Notes: generated from the letters alone by a model not told the origin. 62,480 bases of DNA from Candidatus Omnitrophota bacterium (GCA_031423615.1 JANPFV010000041.1:1-62480); one strand, 5' to 3'. Shown: positions 52,838-62,234, counted from the first letter of the stretch. Made by a program: numbers and translations.

Positions 52838-54189
52838 TCTTCCTTCCTTTCTTTATTTCCAGCGCTATCGGTATTCTCGTGGTAAATCGCCTTTTCAAAA
52901 AGGCAGACAAACCGAATATTTTCTTTCATATTTTTCTCGCAACGGGTATAGGTTTAGGGATCAGCAGCCATTTGACATTTTATAGTTTTTTAATTCTTGA
53001 CCGCCTGATGCCCGCCGGGATCATTGATGTTCATCTCGTCCTTTTAGGCGCTTTGTTGACGGACCTTTTGATCCGCCGGCAAATAAAAAAACCTGAAATC
53101 GCATTTCCTCGTCTCACCGTAAAAAACAGTGCACTGACTTTTTTGATTTTTTTCATTTTGGTTCTCGTCGTAGCCCAAGGAAGGTTTTATCCCTATGGTG
53201 GCTGGGATGCGTGGCAAGTGTGGAATTTTAAAGCCAAGTTTCTTTTATTGTCGGGCGACAATTGGCATGACCTTTTCTCTCCCGAAATATGGCGCAGCAG
53301 CCCCCATTATCCTTTGCTTTTACCTTTGATCAATGTCTGGGCCTGGCTTTTTACCGCCAAGCCCGTCGACGCCACGCCCTTGGTCACGTCCATTTTCTTT
53401 ACCGTTTTGACCGCTGGATTATTAAGCAGTGCGTTGTGGGGGAAAACAAAAAATATTTTCTCGCTTCTGCCCGCCCTGCTGATTCTGACTTTGCCGTTTT
53501 TCAATCTTTTGGCTACAACACAATACTGCGACATTGTGCTTTCCTTTTATCTCTTGGCCGCCCTCTTAACCCTGTCCGACGCACAAAAAACCCGAAGCCC
53601 TTCTTTCGCGGGATTGTCGGGAATATGCACCGGCTTTCTCACTTTTACCAAACCGGAAGGACTGGTTGCGGCCTTAATCATCAGCGGTCTGGTGGTTGCA
53701 TTAACCATCCTCTCCCGACGGCGTAAACCAAAAAACTTTTCCGTGATTCAGTCCGGATTTTTTTTCGCCGGGCTTGCGGTTGTGAGTCTTCCGACATTCG
53801 CTTTTCATGTTCTTTACTCGCCGGGAAATCAAACCTTTATCAACGGATTGACTTCTGCCCTCAAGCCGGTCACGTGGCAACGCCTGCAGATCATTATGGG
53901 TTTTCTTTTACTGGAACTGTCCAGCGCGAAATGGAATGGGATATGGTTATTGCTCGGGGCGGGATTGTTGCTCGGCGGAAAAAAACCATGGACCCCAGAC
54001 AACACCCTCATTGCGGGTTTTCTTTTTTTATACTTCGCCGTGATCGTGGCTTATTACGAAATCAATACGTATTTTGAAATCAAGTGGTGGCTTTCCGTTT
54101 CGCTGAACCGCATTCTTTTTTCGCTTCTGCCTCTGGTGCTGTTCTGGATTTTCAGCACCTATCTTACCGACGAGAAAGAAAAGAATTAG
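52834..54189 (+). CDS. polytopic membrane protein, possible GT-C-type glycosyltransferase or polymerase
   Basis: 451 aa with at least 10 hydrophobic segments and an extracytoplasmic-looking loop (YPYGGWDAWQVWNFKAKFLL). I am not confident of the family. Confidence 0.6.
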   Translation: MIFLPFFISSAIGILVVNRLFKKADKPNIFFHIFLATGIGLGISSHLTFYSFLILDRLMPAGIIDVHLVLLGALLTDLLIRRQIKKPEIAFPRLTVKNSALTFLIFFILVLVVAQGRFYPYGGWDAWQVWNFKAKFLLLSGDNWHDLFSPEIWRSSPHYPLLLPLINVWAWLFTAKPVDATPLVTSIFFTVLTAGLLSSALWGKTKNIFSLLPALLILTLPFFNLLATTQYCDIVLSFYLLAALLTLSDAQKTRSPSFAGLSGICTGFLTFTKPEGLVAALIISGLVVALTILSRRRKPKNFSVIQSGFFFAGLAVVSLPTFAFHVLYSPGNQTFINGLTSALKPVTWQRLQIIMGFLLLELSSAKWNGIWLLLGAGLLLGGKKPWTPDNTLIAGFLFLYFAVIVAYYEINTYFEIKWWLSVSLNRILFSLLPLVLFWIFSTYLTDEKEKN

Positions 54190-54213
54190 CCCGGGTTATA
54201 AAAACAGGACGCC

Positions 54214-54693
54214 TTACAACGGACGTTCGATTTTGAGGATTTTATACTTGAGGGTGCCCGCGGGAACCTTGATATCAATGGTTTCTCCGACTTTGTGGCC
54301 TAAAAGGCCCTTGCCGATGGGAGAGAAAATTGAAATTTTGTTTTCTTCATAACTGGCTTCTTCGGGAGAGACCATTAAATATTTCATTTGATCGCCCGAT
54401 TCGACATCTTTGAGAGAAACCAAAGCGCCGATCAAAACCTTGTCCCCGGCGATCTTTTGGTCTTCAATGATGCGGACATTGGCCAGTTTGGCTTCCAATT
54501 CCGAAATACGGGCTTCGCAATGAGCTTGGGCATCTTTGGCCGCGTCATACTCGGCATTTTCAGAAATATCCCCCAAGAGGCGCGCTTCGCCAATCGCTTT
54601 AGAAATACGATGGCGCTCCGTGGTTTTGAGTTGTTCCAAATCCACGCGCAGCTTCTCATAACCCGCACGTGTTAAATAAATTTCTTGTCCCAT
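54214..54693 (-). CDS. greA: transcription elongation factor GreA
   Basis: LTRAGYEKLRVDLEQLK...RHRISKAIGEARLLGDISENAEYDAAKD coiled-coil plus a C-terminal FKBP-like domain. Confidence 0.93.
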   Translation of the reverse strand: MGQEIYLTRAGYEKLRVDLEQLKTTERHRISKAIGEARLLGDISENAEYDAAKDAQAHCEARISELEAKLANVRIIEDQKIAGDKVLIGALVSLKDVESGDQMKYLMVSPEEASYEENKISIFSPIGKGLLGHKVGETIDIKVPAGTLKYKILKIERPL

Positions 54694-54778
54694 AGGAGTG
54701 GCTCCTCAAAAATTCCCAATTTTTATACAACCGTCCTCTGATCGCATTTGCAACGCTCGGAGACTTCGACCCATCACG

Positions 54779-55012
54779 CTACATGCTTTCGATGGCTTTC
54801 ATGATCAAAGGGGCGATCTCTTGAGCTTCAGCCTTGTTCATCCGGCCCAGTTTGGCAAAACGCCATTCATTGTTCTGATCACGATTTTCGCGCGAAATCT
54901 GTAATTTCTTTTCCCCATTGTTGTAAGAAAAAACCCCGACGGTCACGCGGCTTTCGCCAAATTCCTTGGTCACTTTGAACGTTTCTTTGTCTAAAGATGC
55001 ATCGTAGGGCAT
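54779..55012 (-). CDS. small protein, possibly a PC4/YdbC-like ssDNA-binding fold
   Basis: MPYDASLDKETFKVTKEFGESRVTVGVFSYNNGEKKLQISRENRDQNNEWRFAKLGRMNKAEAQEI resembles the bacterial YdbC/PC4 pattern (beta-strands, then K.GR.t.eE). The ATG at 55012 has GAGGAG upstream. Confidence 0.5.
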   Translation of the reverse strand: MPYDASLDKETFKVTKEFGESRVTVGVFSYNNGEKKLQISRENRDQNNEWRFAKLGRMNKAEAQEIAPLIMKAIESM

Positions 55013-55051
55013 TTGCATTCTCCTCGTTAAATTAAAAATCAAATGGTCGCG

Positions 55052-55336
55052 TTATTTTAATCCCGGCATCGCAGCCATCATTTTTTGCGCCGCGACCTGC
55101 TGGACTTTCTTTGTGGCGACATTCAGGCTGCGGATTAAGTCCGCTTCCAAACGTTTCTTGTTGGCGGGAGTCAAAAGGCTCTCGTCAATTTCGATGGAAC
55201 GGATTTCTTGCGAACCCGTCAGAGCGATCTTGATCCCTTTGACTTCATTAATATCAAGCGTCACCGCATCTAATTCTTTCTTGAGACGGTCCGCCTGGCC
55301 TTTCATTTCCATCAACTGCTTCATTTTATCAAACAT
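55052..55336 (-). CDS. ybaB: nucleoid-associated protein YbaB/EbfC
   Basis: MFDKMKQLMEMKGQADRLKKELDAVTLDINEVKGIKIALTGSQEIRSIEIDESLL. 94 aa. Confidence 0.9.
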   Translation of the reverse strand: MFDKMKQLMEMKGQADRLKKELDAVTLDINEVKGIKIALTGSQEIRSIEIDESLLTPANKKRLEADLIRSLNVATKKVQQVAAQKMMAAMPGLK

Positions 55337-55411
55337 GGAATCTCCTCTGTGAGGTCACGTAAATATTTAAATCTTATATACGAAATCCGGATGCTTTGCA
55401 AGGTTAAAAAA

Positions 55412-55708
55412 TCAGGACTTTAAACGCAGGCCGATTTCGAACAAACTCTGGACTAAAAAAGACTTGGTCAAATAGATCAAAAGAGCGGCCAAAAGCGGCG
55501 AAAAGTCTATGGGCGACCGGGGAAGAAACCGGCGAATCGGCTCTAAAATCGGCTCGGTCGTCTGATGCAAAAACTGTACAATAGGGTTAAAAGGGTCGGC
55601 ATTGACCCAGCTGATTAAAGCGCGCAATAAAATCAACACGTACAAAGCTGTCAAAATAAAATTGACCAGCTGTGCGATCACGTTGACCAGGTTTCCCAAA
55701 ATAAACAT
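55412..55708 (-). CDS. yggT: YggT-family membrane protein
   Basis: 98 aa with two TM segments and the LLRALISWV...PF motif. Confidence 0.82.
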   Translation of the reverse strand: MFILGNLVNVIAQLVNFILTALYVLILLRALISWVNADPFNPIVQFLHQTTEPILEPIRRFLPRSPIDFSPLLAALLIYLTKSFLVQSLFEIGLRLKS

Positions 55709-55723
55709 TCCGTCATCTCCTCT

Positions 55724-56317
55724 TTAAAAAACTTTAAACAAATTTCCGTCGATGACACGCTGTTCAACACGATTCAAAAGGCGTTTCGTGGAACCGGAAA
55801 CATCCTTGATTTCCCGGATCATTTCATTAATAGATTTTGATGTTTCGAGCAAGGATCCCGCCGCATCTCCAAATGTTTCCGTCAAATTCTGGACATCCAG
55901 AGGATCAACGCCAATCACCGGCCGGGCCAAATCCGTGCGGCGGAAGCCCGGCGAGGTTGTGATTTCCAAGATCTTTTCCCCCAAAACACCTTCGGTGATG
56001 ATCGCAAACTTGACGCTTTTAAAAAGTTGCTTTTGATATTTCGAATAAATGTTTAAAACAACTTCTACGTCGCGACCGGCGATTTCTTGGTCTAAAAACC
56101 CAATATCTTTGACCGTACCCACATTGACCCCGGAAAGCCGCACCGGCGCACCAATGGTCAGACCGCCGACTTTGCTGAAGACCACCCGCATATGGAATTT
56201 GGGCTGGGTCTGGCCTTTTTCAATCCCGATAATAAATATCACCCCGCCGACGGCCCCTAAACACAGGATAAAGAATAAGCCAGCCACAAACTTTTTTATA
56301 AATTCACTTCGCTCCAT
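55724..56317 (-). CDS. mlaD: MlaD-like MCE-domain protein
   Basis: N-terminal anchor, then the MCE core (VVFSKVGGLTIGAPVRLSGVNVGTVKDI). It sits downstream of mlaF. Confidence 0.85.
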   Translation of the reverse strand: MERSEFIKKFVAGLFFILCLGAVGGVIFIIGIEKGQTQPKFHMRVVFSKVGGLTIGAPVRLSGVNVGTVKDIGFLDQEIAGRDVEVVLNIYSKYQKQLFKSVKFAIITEGVLGEKILEITTSPGFRRTDLARPVIGVDPLDVQNLTETFGDAAGSLLETSKSINEMIREIKDVSGSTKRLLNRVEQRVIDGNLFKVF

Positions 56318-56335
56318 AGGATTCGCTCCTGCGGG

Positions 56336-57052
56336 TTAATTAAAAAATTCGTGCAAATAAGTATCTTTTGAGGCGCGCATGGCTGCGGGGTCCCCTTCAG
56401 CTACAATCTGACCGCGCTTAATCAGAATCAGCCGGTCTGCAATACGCAAAGAATTAAAAATATCATGTGAGGCGATGACGGTCGTACATCTGAGTTTACG
56501 GGCCATCTCGCGAATCAAATCCATAATACTACGGCTTTTGATAGGATCAAGTCCCGAAGTGGGTTCATCACACAGCAAGATTTTAGAATCCATGATCACC
56601 GCCCGCGCCAGCGCCGCGCGCTTTTGCATCCCGCCACTCAATTCCGACGGGAATTTTCCTTCCGACCCATCCAGCCCTACGGTTTTCAATAAATCTTTGA
56701 CCTTGGCACCGACCTCCTTGCGGGTCAGCAAGGTGTGCTCACGCAAAGGAAAAGCCGCATTTTCAAAAACCGTCATAAAATCATACAAAGCGCCGCTTTG
56801 GAAAAGATACCCCATGTCTTTGCGCACTTTCAAAAGTTCCCGCTCTGGCAATTTTGTAATGTCCCGGCCCGCAATTTCGATACCGCCGCTGTCCGGGCGC
56901 ATGAGGCCGATCAAGTGCTGGAGCAAAACACTTTTTCCGGATCCGCTTTCACCTAAGATCACCAAGATCTCTCCCGGATTCATCGAAAAACTGATGTCAC
57001 TCAAGACCTGTTGGCTTGCAAATTTTTTAAAAAGCTTTTTTACTTTTATCAT
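56336..57052 (-). CDS. mlaF: MlaF-like ABC transporter ATP-binding protein
   Basis: GESGSGKSVLLQHL, LSGGMQKRAALARA and LLCDEPTSGLD. I trimmed the start to the ATG at 57052 (MIKVKKLFKKF). Confidence 0.88.
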   Translation of the reverse strand: MIKVKKLFKKFASQQVLSDISFSMNPGEILVILGESGSGKSVLLQHLIGLMRPDSGGIEIAGRDITKLPERELLKVRKDMGYLFQSGALYDFMTVFENAAFPLREHTLLTRKEVGAKVKDLLKTVGLDGSEGKFPSELSGGMQKRAALARAVIMDSKILLCDEPTSGLDPIKSRSIMDLIREMARKLRCTTVIASHDIFNSLRIADRLILIKRGQIVAEGDPAAMRASKDTYLHEFFN

Positions 57053-57386
57053 CTGGAGATTTGGTTTCAAAAACACGAAATTTGTTCGTGCCAAATTTTG
57101 TATAAAGACGTTCATACGGACGCACATCAACAGCTTGCAAATAAAAAGGGATGTCCCGATATTTTCCGAGCAGGATCACTTCGGAGTCAGTCAAAATATC
57201 GACCGTATCGCGCGGATACCACAATTCCCCTTCAAACTCGATGGGTTCGCCGTTGCGTATCCATTCCGGTTCCGGAGAAATGGCTTTATAAAGAGTCACC
57301 CCATTATCGGATCCCGACGATGAAAAGCATCCGCTGTTAAAGGCCGTCAGCAGAATGAAACCCATTCCCATTAATATTTTCTTCAC
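57027..57386 (-). CDS. small lipoprotein embedded in the mla operon
   Basis: MKKILMGMGFILLTAFNSGC has a lipobox. 119 aa. Its 3' end overlaps the mlaF start by 26 nt. Confidence 0.6.
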   Translation of the reverse strand: MKKILMGMGFILLTAFNSGCFSSSGSDNGVTLYKAISPEPEWIRNGEPIEFEGELWYPRDTVDILTDSEVILLGKYRDIPFYLQAVDVRPYERLYTKFGTNKFRVFETKSPDDKSKKAF

Positions 57387-57406
57387 AGATTTTCCTCCCT
57401 TAGCGG

Positions 57407-58177
57407 CTAACCCCAGAGGGCTAAAATGATTTTAGTCAAAATCACGTTGGATACAACAACCAAAATGTACGAAAGGGCCACGGCCTTGGTCGTATATTGC
57501 CCGACGCCCAGCGAACCGCCGCTGGTTTTAAAACCCTGATAGCAAGCGACCCAGGAAACCAGCAGCGCGAAAAAAAATGTTTTTGCAAAGCCGCTGAAGA
57601 AATCCACAAAATTTATCGCATGGATCGATTGATGAATATAGGTCGCGGCCGGGATATTCGCGTTGTAAACACCGACGAGATATCCACCTGCGATGCCTAA
57701 GATTTCTGAAAAAACCACCAGCCCCGGTAAAACCATAAAACAGGCCAGCATCCGCGGGACAACCAAGAATTCAATCGGATCAATGCCCATGGCTCGGGTG
57801 GCCGTGATCTGATCGTTGACTTTCATCGTGCCCAATTCTGCGGCAATACGGGCCCCCACCTTTCCGGAAAAAATCAGAGAGCTAAACACCGGACTCAATT
57901 CCCTGACCAAGGACAAAGCCACCAATTGCGCCACGGCTTCCTTGGCACCAAAACGGTTGAGCATAACATAACTTTGTAAGGCCAAAACCGCTCCGGTCGC
58001 CAAAGACGTCAAAGCAATTATCACGACGGACTGTACGCCCTGAGTATAAATTTGTTTTAACACCTCGTCCCAGCGGATGCGTCCTTTGAGAATGCACTGC
58101 AGGACATCCAACAAAAAAAACACCGCTCCACCCGCCGACGCCACAAATTCCATAAGAGACTTGAATATAAAATTCAT
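57407..58177 (-). CDS. mlaE: MlaE-like ABC transporter permease
   Basis: 256 aa, multi-TM, with conserved ...RELSPVFSSLIFSGKVGARIAAELGTMKVNDQI... Confidence 0.88.
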   Translation of the reverse strand: MNFIFKSLMEFVASAGGAVFFLLDVLQCILKGRIRWDEVLKQIYTQGVQSVVIIALTSLATGAVLALQSYVMLNRFGAKEAVAQLVALSLVRELSPVFSSLIFSGKVGARIAAELGTMKVNDQITATRAMGIDPIEFLVVPRMLACFMVLPGLVVFSEILGIAGGYLVGVYNANIPAATYIHQSIHAINFVDFFSGFAKTFFFALLVSWVACYQGFKTSGGSLGVGQYTTKAVALSYILVVVSNVILTKIILALWG

Positions 58178-58184
58178 GGTGTTT

Positions 58185-58694
58185 TCATTTCTTACCCTTA
58201 AGCCAAAGCTGAGTCATCTCGGTTGTGATCTTATGCTCAAGAATACTCGAAAGGTCTTTCTTATCCGCGTGGATCTTTTTTAATTTTCGCGCTTTGTCCG
58301 CTTCTCTTCGCCGCGAACCGCGGCCTTCTAAAAATTCCCGCGACGCCATAATGGCCGCGCCCAACGCCCGAACAAAATGACGAATATCACGATCATCGGT
58401 GACGACCACGATATTTTTAGGCGTAGGCGAATCTTCGACAAAACGTTTGATCCAATCATCCGCGCTTTCCGCGCTGGTATAAATCACACCTATTCCCGAC
58501 GAATACCGTTCGTGTTGTGTCCCGCCGATTTGTCCATCAAAAACAACGGTGACAGGATTGCTTTGGCTTCCTTGCAGTTCCCTTTCCTCAATCTGCCGGA
58601 GCAAACCCATACGTCCGGCTTCAAGCTTTAAAACCGCAAGATGCGCGTCCTGCTTTACCAGATTATAACCGTCGAGAATAAAATGCAATGACAT
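58185..58694 (-). CDS. YacP-like NYN-domain (PIN-like) RNase
   Basis: MSLHFILDGYNLV... and VVFDG...VIYT..ESADDWI..., VVTDDRDI pattern. Confidence 0.8.
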   Translation of the reverse strand: MSLHFILDGYNLVKQDAHLAVLKLEAGRMGLLRQIEERELQGSQSNPVTVVFDGQIGGTQHERYSSGIGVIYTSAESADDWIKRFVEDSPTPKNIVVVTDDRDIRHFVRALGAAIMASREFLEGRGSRRREADKARKLKKIHADKKDLSSILEHKITTEMTQLWLKGKK

Positions 58695-58716
58695 TGCGTT
58701 AAAAGTGCCCCTGCCC

Positions 58717-59670
58717 TTACTTCGCTTTTTTTGACGGCTTAGTTAGGAAAAAATAAATTCCACCCAAAAGGCCGAGAAAAACCATAAAGATAAAACTGAT
58801 AAAGGTGATGCTTCCTGCGATGCCATATTCCACTCCCACTTCTTTGAAAAAATAGGCCGCGCCCGCTTCCCGCGCCCCCAGGCCGCCAATCGAAGGGACG
58901 GACGACACCACACAGATCAAGGGAGTAAAAATGATAAAATAAAAAAATCCCACGTTTTGGTGCAAAGCCTTGGCAATGAAAAAATAGGTGACGGCTAACA
59001 CCAATTGCGAAAGCGCGGACAAAAGAATCGCCTGGCCACCCGCCCACGGGCGGCCTTTTAAAAGGGCGATATCATAATGCATTTGCATCAATCCGGCTTT
59101 GAATTTTGGAAAGCGGCTAAAAATTTGCACGCAGAAGGAGTACGCGATTTTGTTAAACAGGACGATCCCGATCGACGTCGACACCACGGCCATCCCCGCG
59201 ATCAAAAAAATCACCGACTTATTAGAGATCAGATGATGACCGCAGATTAACGCGATGGTAGCAACCACAACCATTCCCGCAAACCCGCTTAAACGGTCTA
59301 AAAGAACCGACGCGACAACCTTAGGTTTGTCTTGGGAGCCTGAACACAGTCCCAGGATTTTAATCACGTCTCCCCCAATGGCGCCCGGCAAAAGAGAATT
59401 TCCCAAAAGTCCGACGAGATAATACCTCACCGCCGTCCCAAAGCCCACGTTCAAATCAAGCGCCTTGATAAAAACAAACCACCGCGTAATCAAAATAAAA
59501 TTGATCAGAGTAAAAAAAGCAAAAGCATAAAAGATATATTTGATGTCTGCGGACTTGATGACCGCGGCGGTCTTGGCAAAATCAATTTTAGTGGAGAGCC
59601 ACCACAGTAAGGTTGCGCTCAATACGAAGGGAATAAAATTGCGGAGAAAATTTTTTAGTTTGTCATTCAC
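58717..59670 (-). CDS. UPF0104 / lysylphosphatidylglycerol-synthase-TM-region family membrane protein
   Basis: 317 aa, about 8 TM segments, with conserved ...LPGAIGGDVIK... and ...PSIGGLGAREA.... Confidence 0.75.
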   Translation of the reverse strand: MNDKLKNFLRNFIPFVLSATLLWWLSTKIDFAKTAAVIKSADIKYIFYAFAFFTLINFILITRWFVFIKALDLNVGFGTAVRYYLVGLLGNSLLPGAIGGDVIKILGLCSGSQDKPKVVASVLLDRLSGFAGMVVVATIALICGHHLISNKSVIFLIAGMAVVSTSIGIVLFNKIAYSFCVQIFSRFPKFKAGLMQMHYDIALLKGRPWAGGQAILLSALSQLVLAVTYFFIAKALHQNVGFFYFIIFTPLICVVSSVPSIGGLGAREAGAAYFFKEVGVEYGIAGSITFISFIFMVFLGLLGGIYFFLTKPSKKAK

Positions 59671-60597
59671 TTAAAGAGCATTCTTTTGTAAAGCCCGTAA
59701 AGTGCCGGCATAGCCCTCTTCGGCTATAAAAGAACTGCGAACGAGGGGACCGGACATCACATGCTTGAAACCCATTTCATACCCCAGCTTTTCATATTCC
59801 TTAAACGCAGTCGGCGCAACAAATTCCAGGACGGGCAAATGACGCTTCATCGATGTGGGGGCGAGATACTGACCTAAAGTGAGAATATCGCAACCCACCG
59901 CGGCCAAGTCCGCCATGGCCTGTTTTATTTCTTCATAGGTCTCACCCAGACCGACCATTAAGCTGGATTTTGTAAATATACCGGCATCGAGGATTTTAAA
60001 ATTCTTAAGCACGGCGAGGGAACGGTCATAATCCGCCTGCGGACGGACTTTGGGAGAAAGCCGGCGGACGGTTTCCAGATTATGGCTCACCACTTGCGGT
60101 TGGGCGGCGACGACAATTTTCAAACTCTCAATCTTATTGGAAAAGTCCGGAATTAAAATTTCAATTTTCGTCTGCGGCATCATTTTGCGGATTTCACGAA
60201 TGGTTTCACTGAATTGTGCCGCCCCTTCATCTTTTAAATCGTCCCGCGCCACCGAAGTCACAACGACGTAGCGCAAATTCAATTCCTTAACCGCACTCGC
60301 CACATTGCGGGGTTCGGCCAAATCCAATTCATTGGGCCGTCCTGCTTTGACCGCGCAGAAACGGCACGCCCGGGTGCAGACCTCCCCTAAAATCATGAAG
60401 GTGGCGACACCTTGCCCCCAGCATTTTCCCATATTAGGACAATGCGCGCTTTCGCAAACGGTGTGTAGTCTTTTTTCGCGAAACGATCCTTTCATCTGAC
60501 GGATCCGGGTCATATCAGGAATGTCCTGACGAAACCATGAAGGCAGACGGGTCACGGAAGCAGGAAGACTTTTTGCAGTGTGGGTCAAAGAAGACAT
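59671..60597 (-). CDS. lipA: lipoyl synthase
   Basis: Cluster motifs CESAHCPNMGKCW and the radical-SAM CTRACRFCAV. Confidence 0.93.
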   Translation of the reverse strand: MSSLTHTAKSLPASVTRLPSWFRQDIPDMTRIRQMKGSFREKRLHTVCESAHCPNMGKCWGQGVATFMILGEVCTRACRFCAVKAGRPNELDLAEPRNVASAVKELNLRYVVVTSVARDDLKDEGAAQFSETIREIRKMMPQTKIEILIPDFSNKIESLKIVVAAQPQVVSHNLETVRRLSPKVRPQADYDRSLAVLKNFKILDAGIFTKSSLMVGLGETYEEIKQAMADLAAVGCDILTLGQYLAPTSMKRHLPVLEFVAPTAFKEYEKLGYEMGFKHVMSGPLVRSSFIAEEGYAGTLRALQKNAL

Positions 60598-60600
60598 GAA

Positions 60601-61110
60601 TTATTTCGCTAAATTTTTTATGTCGCTTAATTTCTTACGGAGCCGCGTCTTTTGGGCCAGAGTCGCGTAATCGGTGATCAGCTTGCCTTGAAGATGATCG
60701 TTCTCGTGCTGAAAAACCCGCGCCATGAGTTCCGTGAAACGTCTTTCTACTCTTTGATTGTTCTCGTCAATATATTGAACCAAAATCTCCTTGGCGCGGC
60801 GGACATTGAGCTTCACATCGGGAATGCTTAAACACCCTTCTTCCATTTTTTCACTGCTGCTGCTTTTCTTAAGTATCTTGGGATTGATGATGGCGACTGG
60901 TCCTTCACCGACATCAGCCACAAAAATCTGCTGGCTGATCCCCACTTGGGGTGCGGCCAAACCGACCCCTTTGTTCTCATACATCGCGACCCACAACGCT
61001 TTGATCAAAATACGTTCCCCGGGACCGACGGTGGTTACGGGTAAGGCCTTTTTTCTTAAAACAGGATCGCCATAAAGTCGAATATTTAATTTAGGGATCA
61101 TGGCGGTCAA
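60601..61110 (-). CDS. def: peptide deformylase
   Basis: GVGLAAPQVG, EGCLSIP and HENDHLQG motifs. Confidence 0.93.
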   Translation of the reverse strand: MTAMIPKLNIRLYGDPVLRKKALPVTTVGPGERILIKALWVAMYENKGVGLAAPQVGISQQIFVADVGEGPVAIINPKILKKSSSSEKMEEGCLSIPDVKLNVRRAKEILVQYIDENNQRVERRFTELMARVFQHENDHLQGKLITDYATLAQKTRLRKKLSDIKNLAK

Positions 61111-61457
61111 TCCCGAATATGATTTTTCTCGTCAAGATAAATGACCTTGGTCTTGATTCTCTTCGCTTCAGTTTTATTTATTAAGCTATAGCTCAGGATG
61201 ATGACCTTGTCACCCACAAAACCCATCCGGGCCGCCGGACCGTTTAAACAGATATGGCCAGAACCGGATTTGCCCGCAATAACATAGGTTTCCAAACGGC
61301 TGCCGTTATTGATATTGAGTACTTCGACTTTTTCGCCGGGAATAATATCCGCGGCCTTAAGAAGTCTTTCGTCGACGGTGATGCTTCCTTCATAATACAA
61401 TTCCGCCTGAGTAATGACGGCATGGGCGATTTTGGATTTACAAAAGGTGATAAACAT
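61107..61457 (-). CDS. panD: aspartate 1-decarboxylase proenzyme
   Basis: KSKIAHAVITQAELYYEGSITVD with the Gly-Ser self-cleavage site. 116 aa. Confidence 0.92.
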   Translation of the reverse strand: MFITFCKSKIAHAVITQAELYYEGSITVDERLLKAADIIPGEKVEVLNINNGSRLETYVIAGKSGSGHICLNGPAARMGFVGDKVIILSYSLINKTEAKRIKTKVIYLDEKNHIRD

Positions 61458-61471
61458 ATTTTTCCTTTGAA

Positions 61472-61795
61472 TTAACCGAGATTTGGCTGAATTTTGGCCA
61501 AAAGCTGAGCTTTGCCCATACCGCCCACAAATTGATTGACCACTTTGCCATTTTTAAAAACCATAAGGGTGGGAATGGACATAATACTATGTTCCGCCGC
61601 CAATTCGCCGGCTTCGTCCACATTGACTTTAACGACCTTAAGTTTACCGGTAAGGTCTTGGGCCAGTTCATCGACGATAGGGGCCAACTGTTTGCAAGGG
61701 CCGCACCATTCAGCCCAAAAATCCACCAATACAGGTAAAGGCGATTTTAAAACTTCAGCTTCAAAATTTTTTTCCGTGACGTTAACAACCGACAT
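61472..61795 (-). CDS. trxA: thioredoxin
   Basis: VLVDFWAEWCGPCK active site. 107 aa. Confidence 0.93.
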   Translation of the reverse strand: MSVVNVTEKNFEAEVLKSPLPVLVDFWAEWCGPCKQLAPIVDELAQDLTGKLKVVKVNVDEAGELAAEHSIMSIPTLMVFKNGKVVNQFVGGMGKAQLLAKIQPNLG

Positions 61796-62234
61796 TATCT
61801 TTCTCCTTTAATAGCATAAAACTTATTGCAGCACAAAAGCTTAATTAATATTCCTCTTAATACTGAGGAGCCATTATTATATCTATCTGCAAAAATCTTT
61901 CAAGGGATAATTTTTGTGGGGTTGGTGTCATTGACCCGAGCGCCAGCCAGCCGGTAAAAAATCTGGATTAATAAAACCGCCTGTGCTATACTTATTTTCA
62001 CCTACCGTTTTTCCGCTCTTTTAAAGAGTCTTTGCCCTTAACAAAATCCCAAGACACCATTGATCAAAATTCACGCTTCTGTATTAAAAGAGGCCTTGAT
62101 CCCAAAATGCAATCCATCACCCTTCCCCTTTAATAAAAAGTCATACCCATGCATTTTGGCGACCAAGATTTTATCAATGAGCTTGAGATTTTATTAAATA
62201 TTCATTCAAAAATCTGGTTAGGGAGAAATTAAAA

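Noticed and set aside
2532-57323. Many long ORFs antisense to or out of frame with confident genes. Examples: 2532-2957, 4774-5223, 6853-7464, 7699-8127, 10380-11030, 12232-12864, 13513-14040, 24699-25322, 26860-27648, 40289-40972, 44107-44649, 47241-47960, 56475-57323.
   Set aside because: Each lies entirely within or across a gene with strong family motifs on the other strand or in another frame. Their translations are low-complexity or Arg/Ser/Phe-rich, as expected from reading real codons backwards. None has a start context of its own.
61796-62234. A 439-bp gene-free region upstream of trxA and the last partial gene. I inspected it for RNA genes (tmRNA, RNase P, 6S, riboswitch) and for small ORFs.
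   Set aside because: I could see no conserved RNA signatures and no convincing stem-loops. The only ORFs are 27 codons or shorter and lack an RBS. It is most simply a divergent promoter region, though a covariance-model scan (Rfam/Infernal) would be needed to exclude an sRNA.
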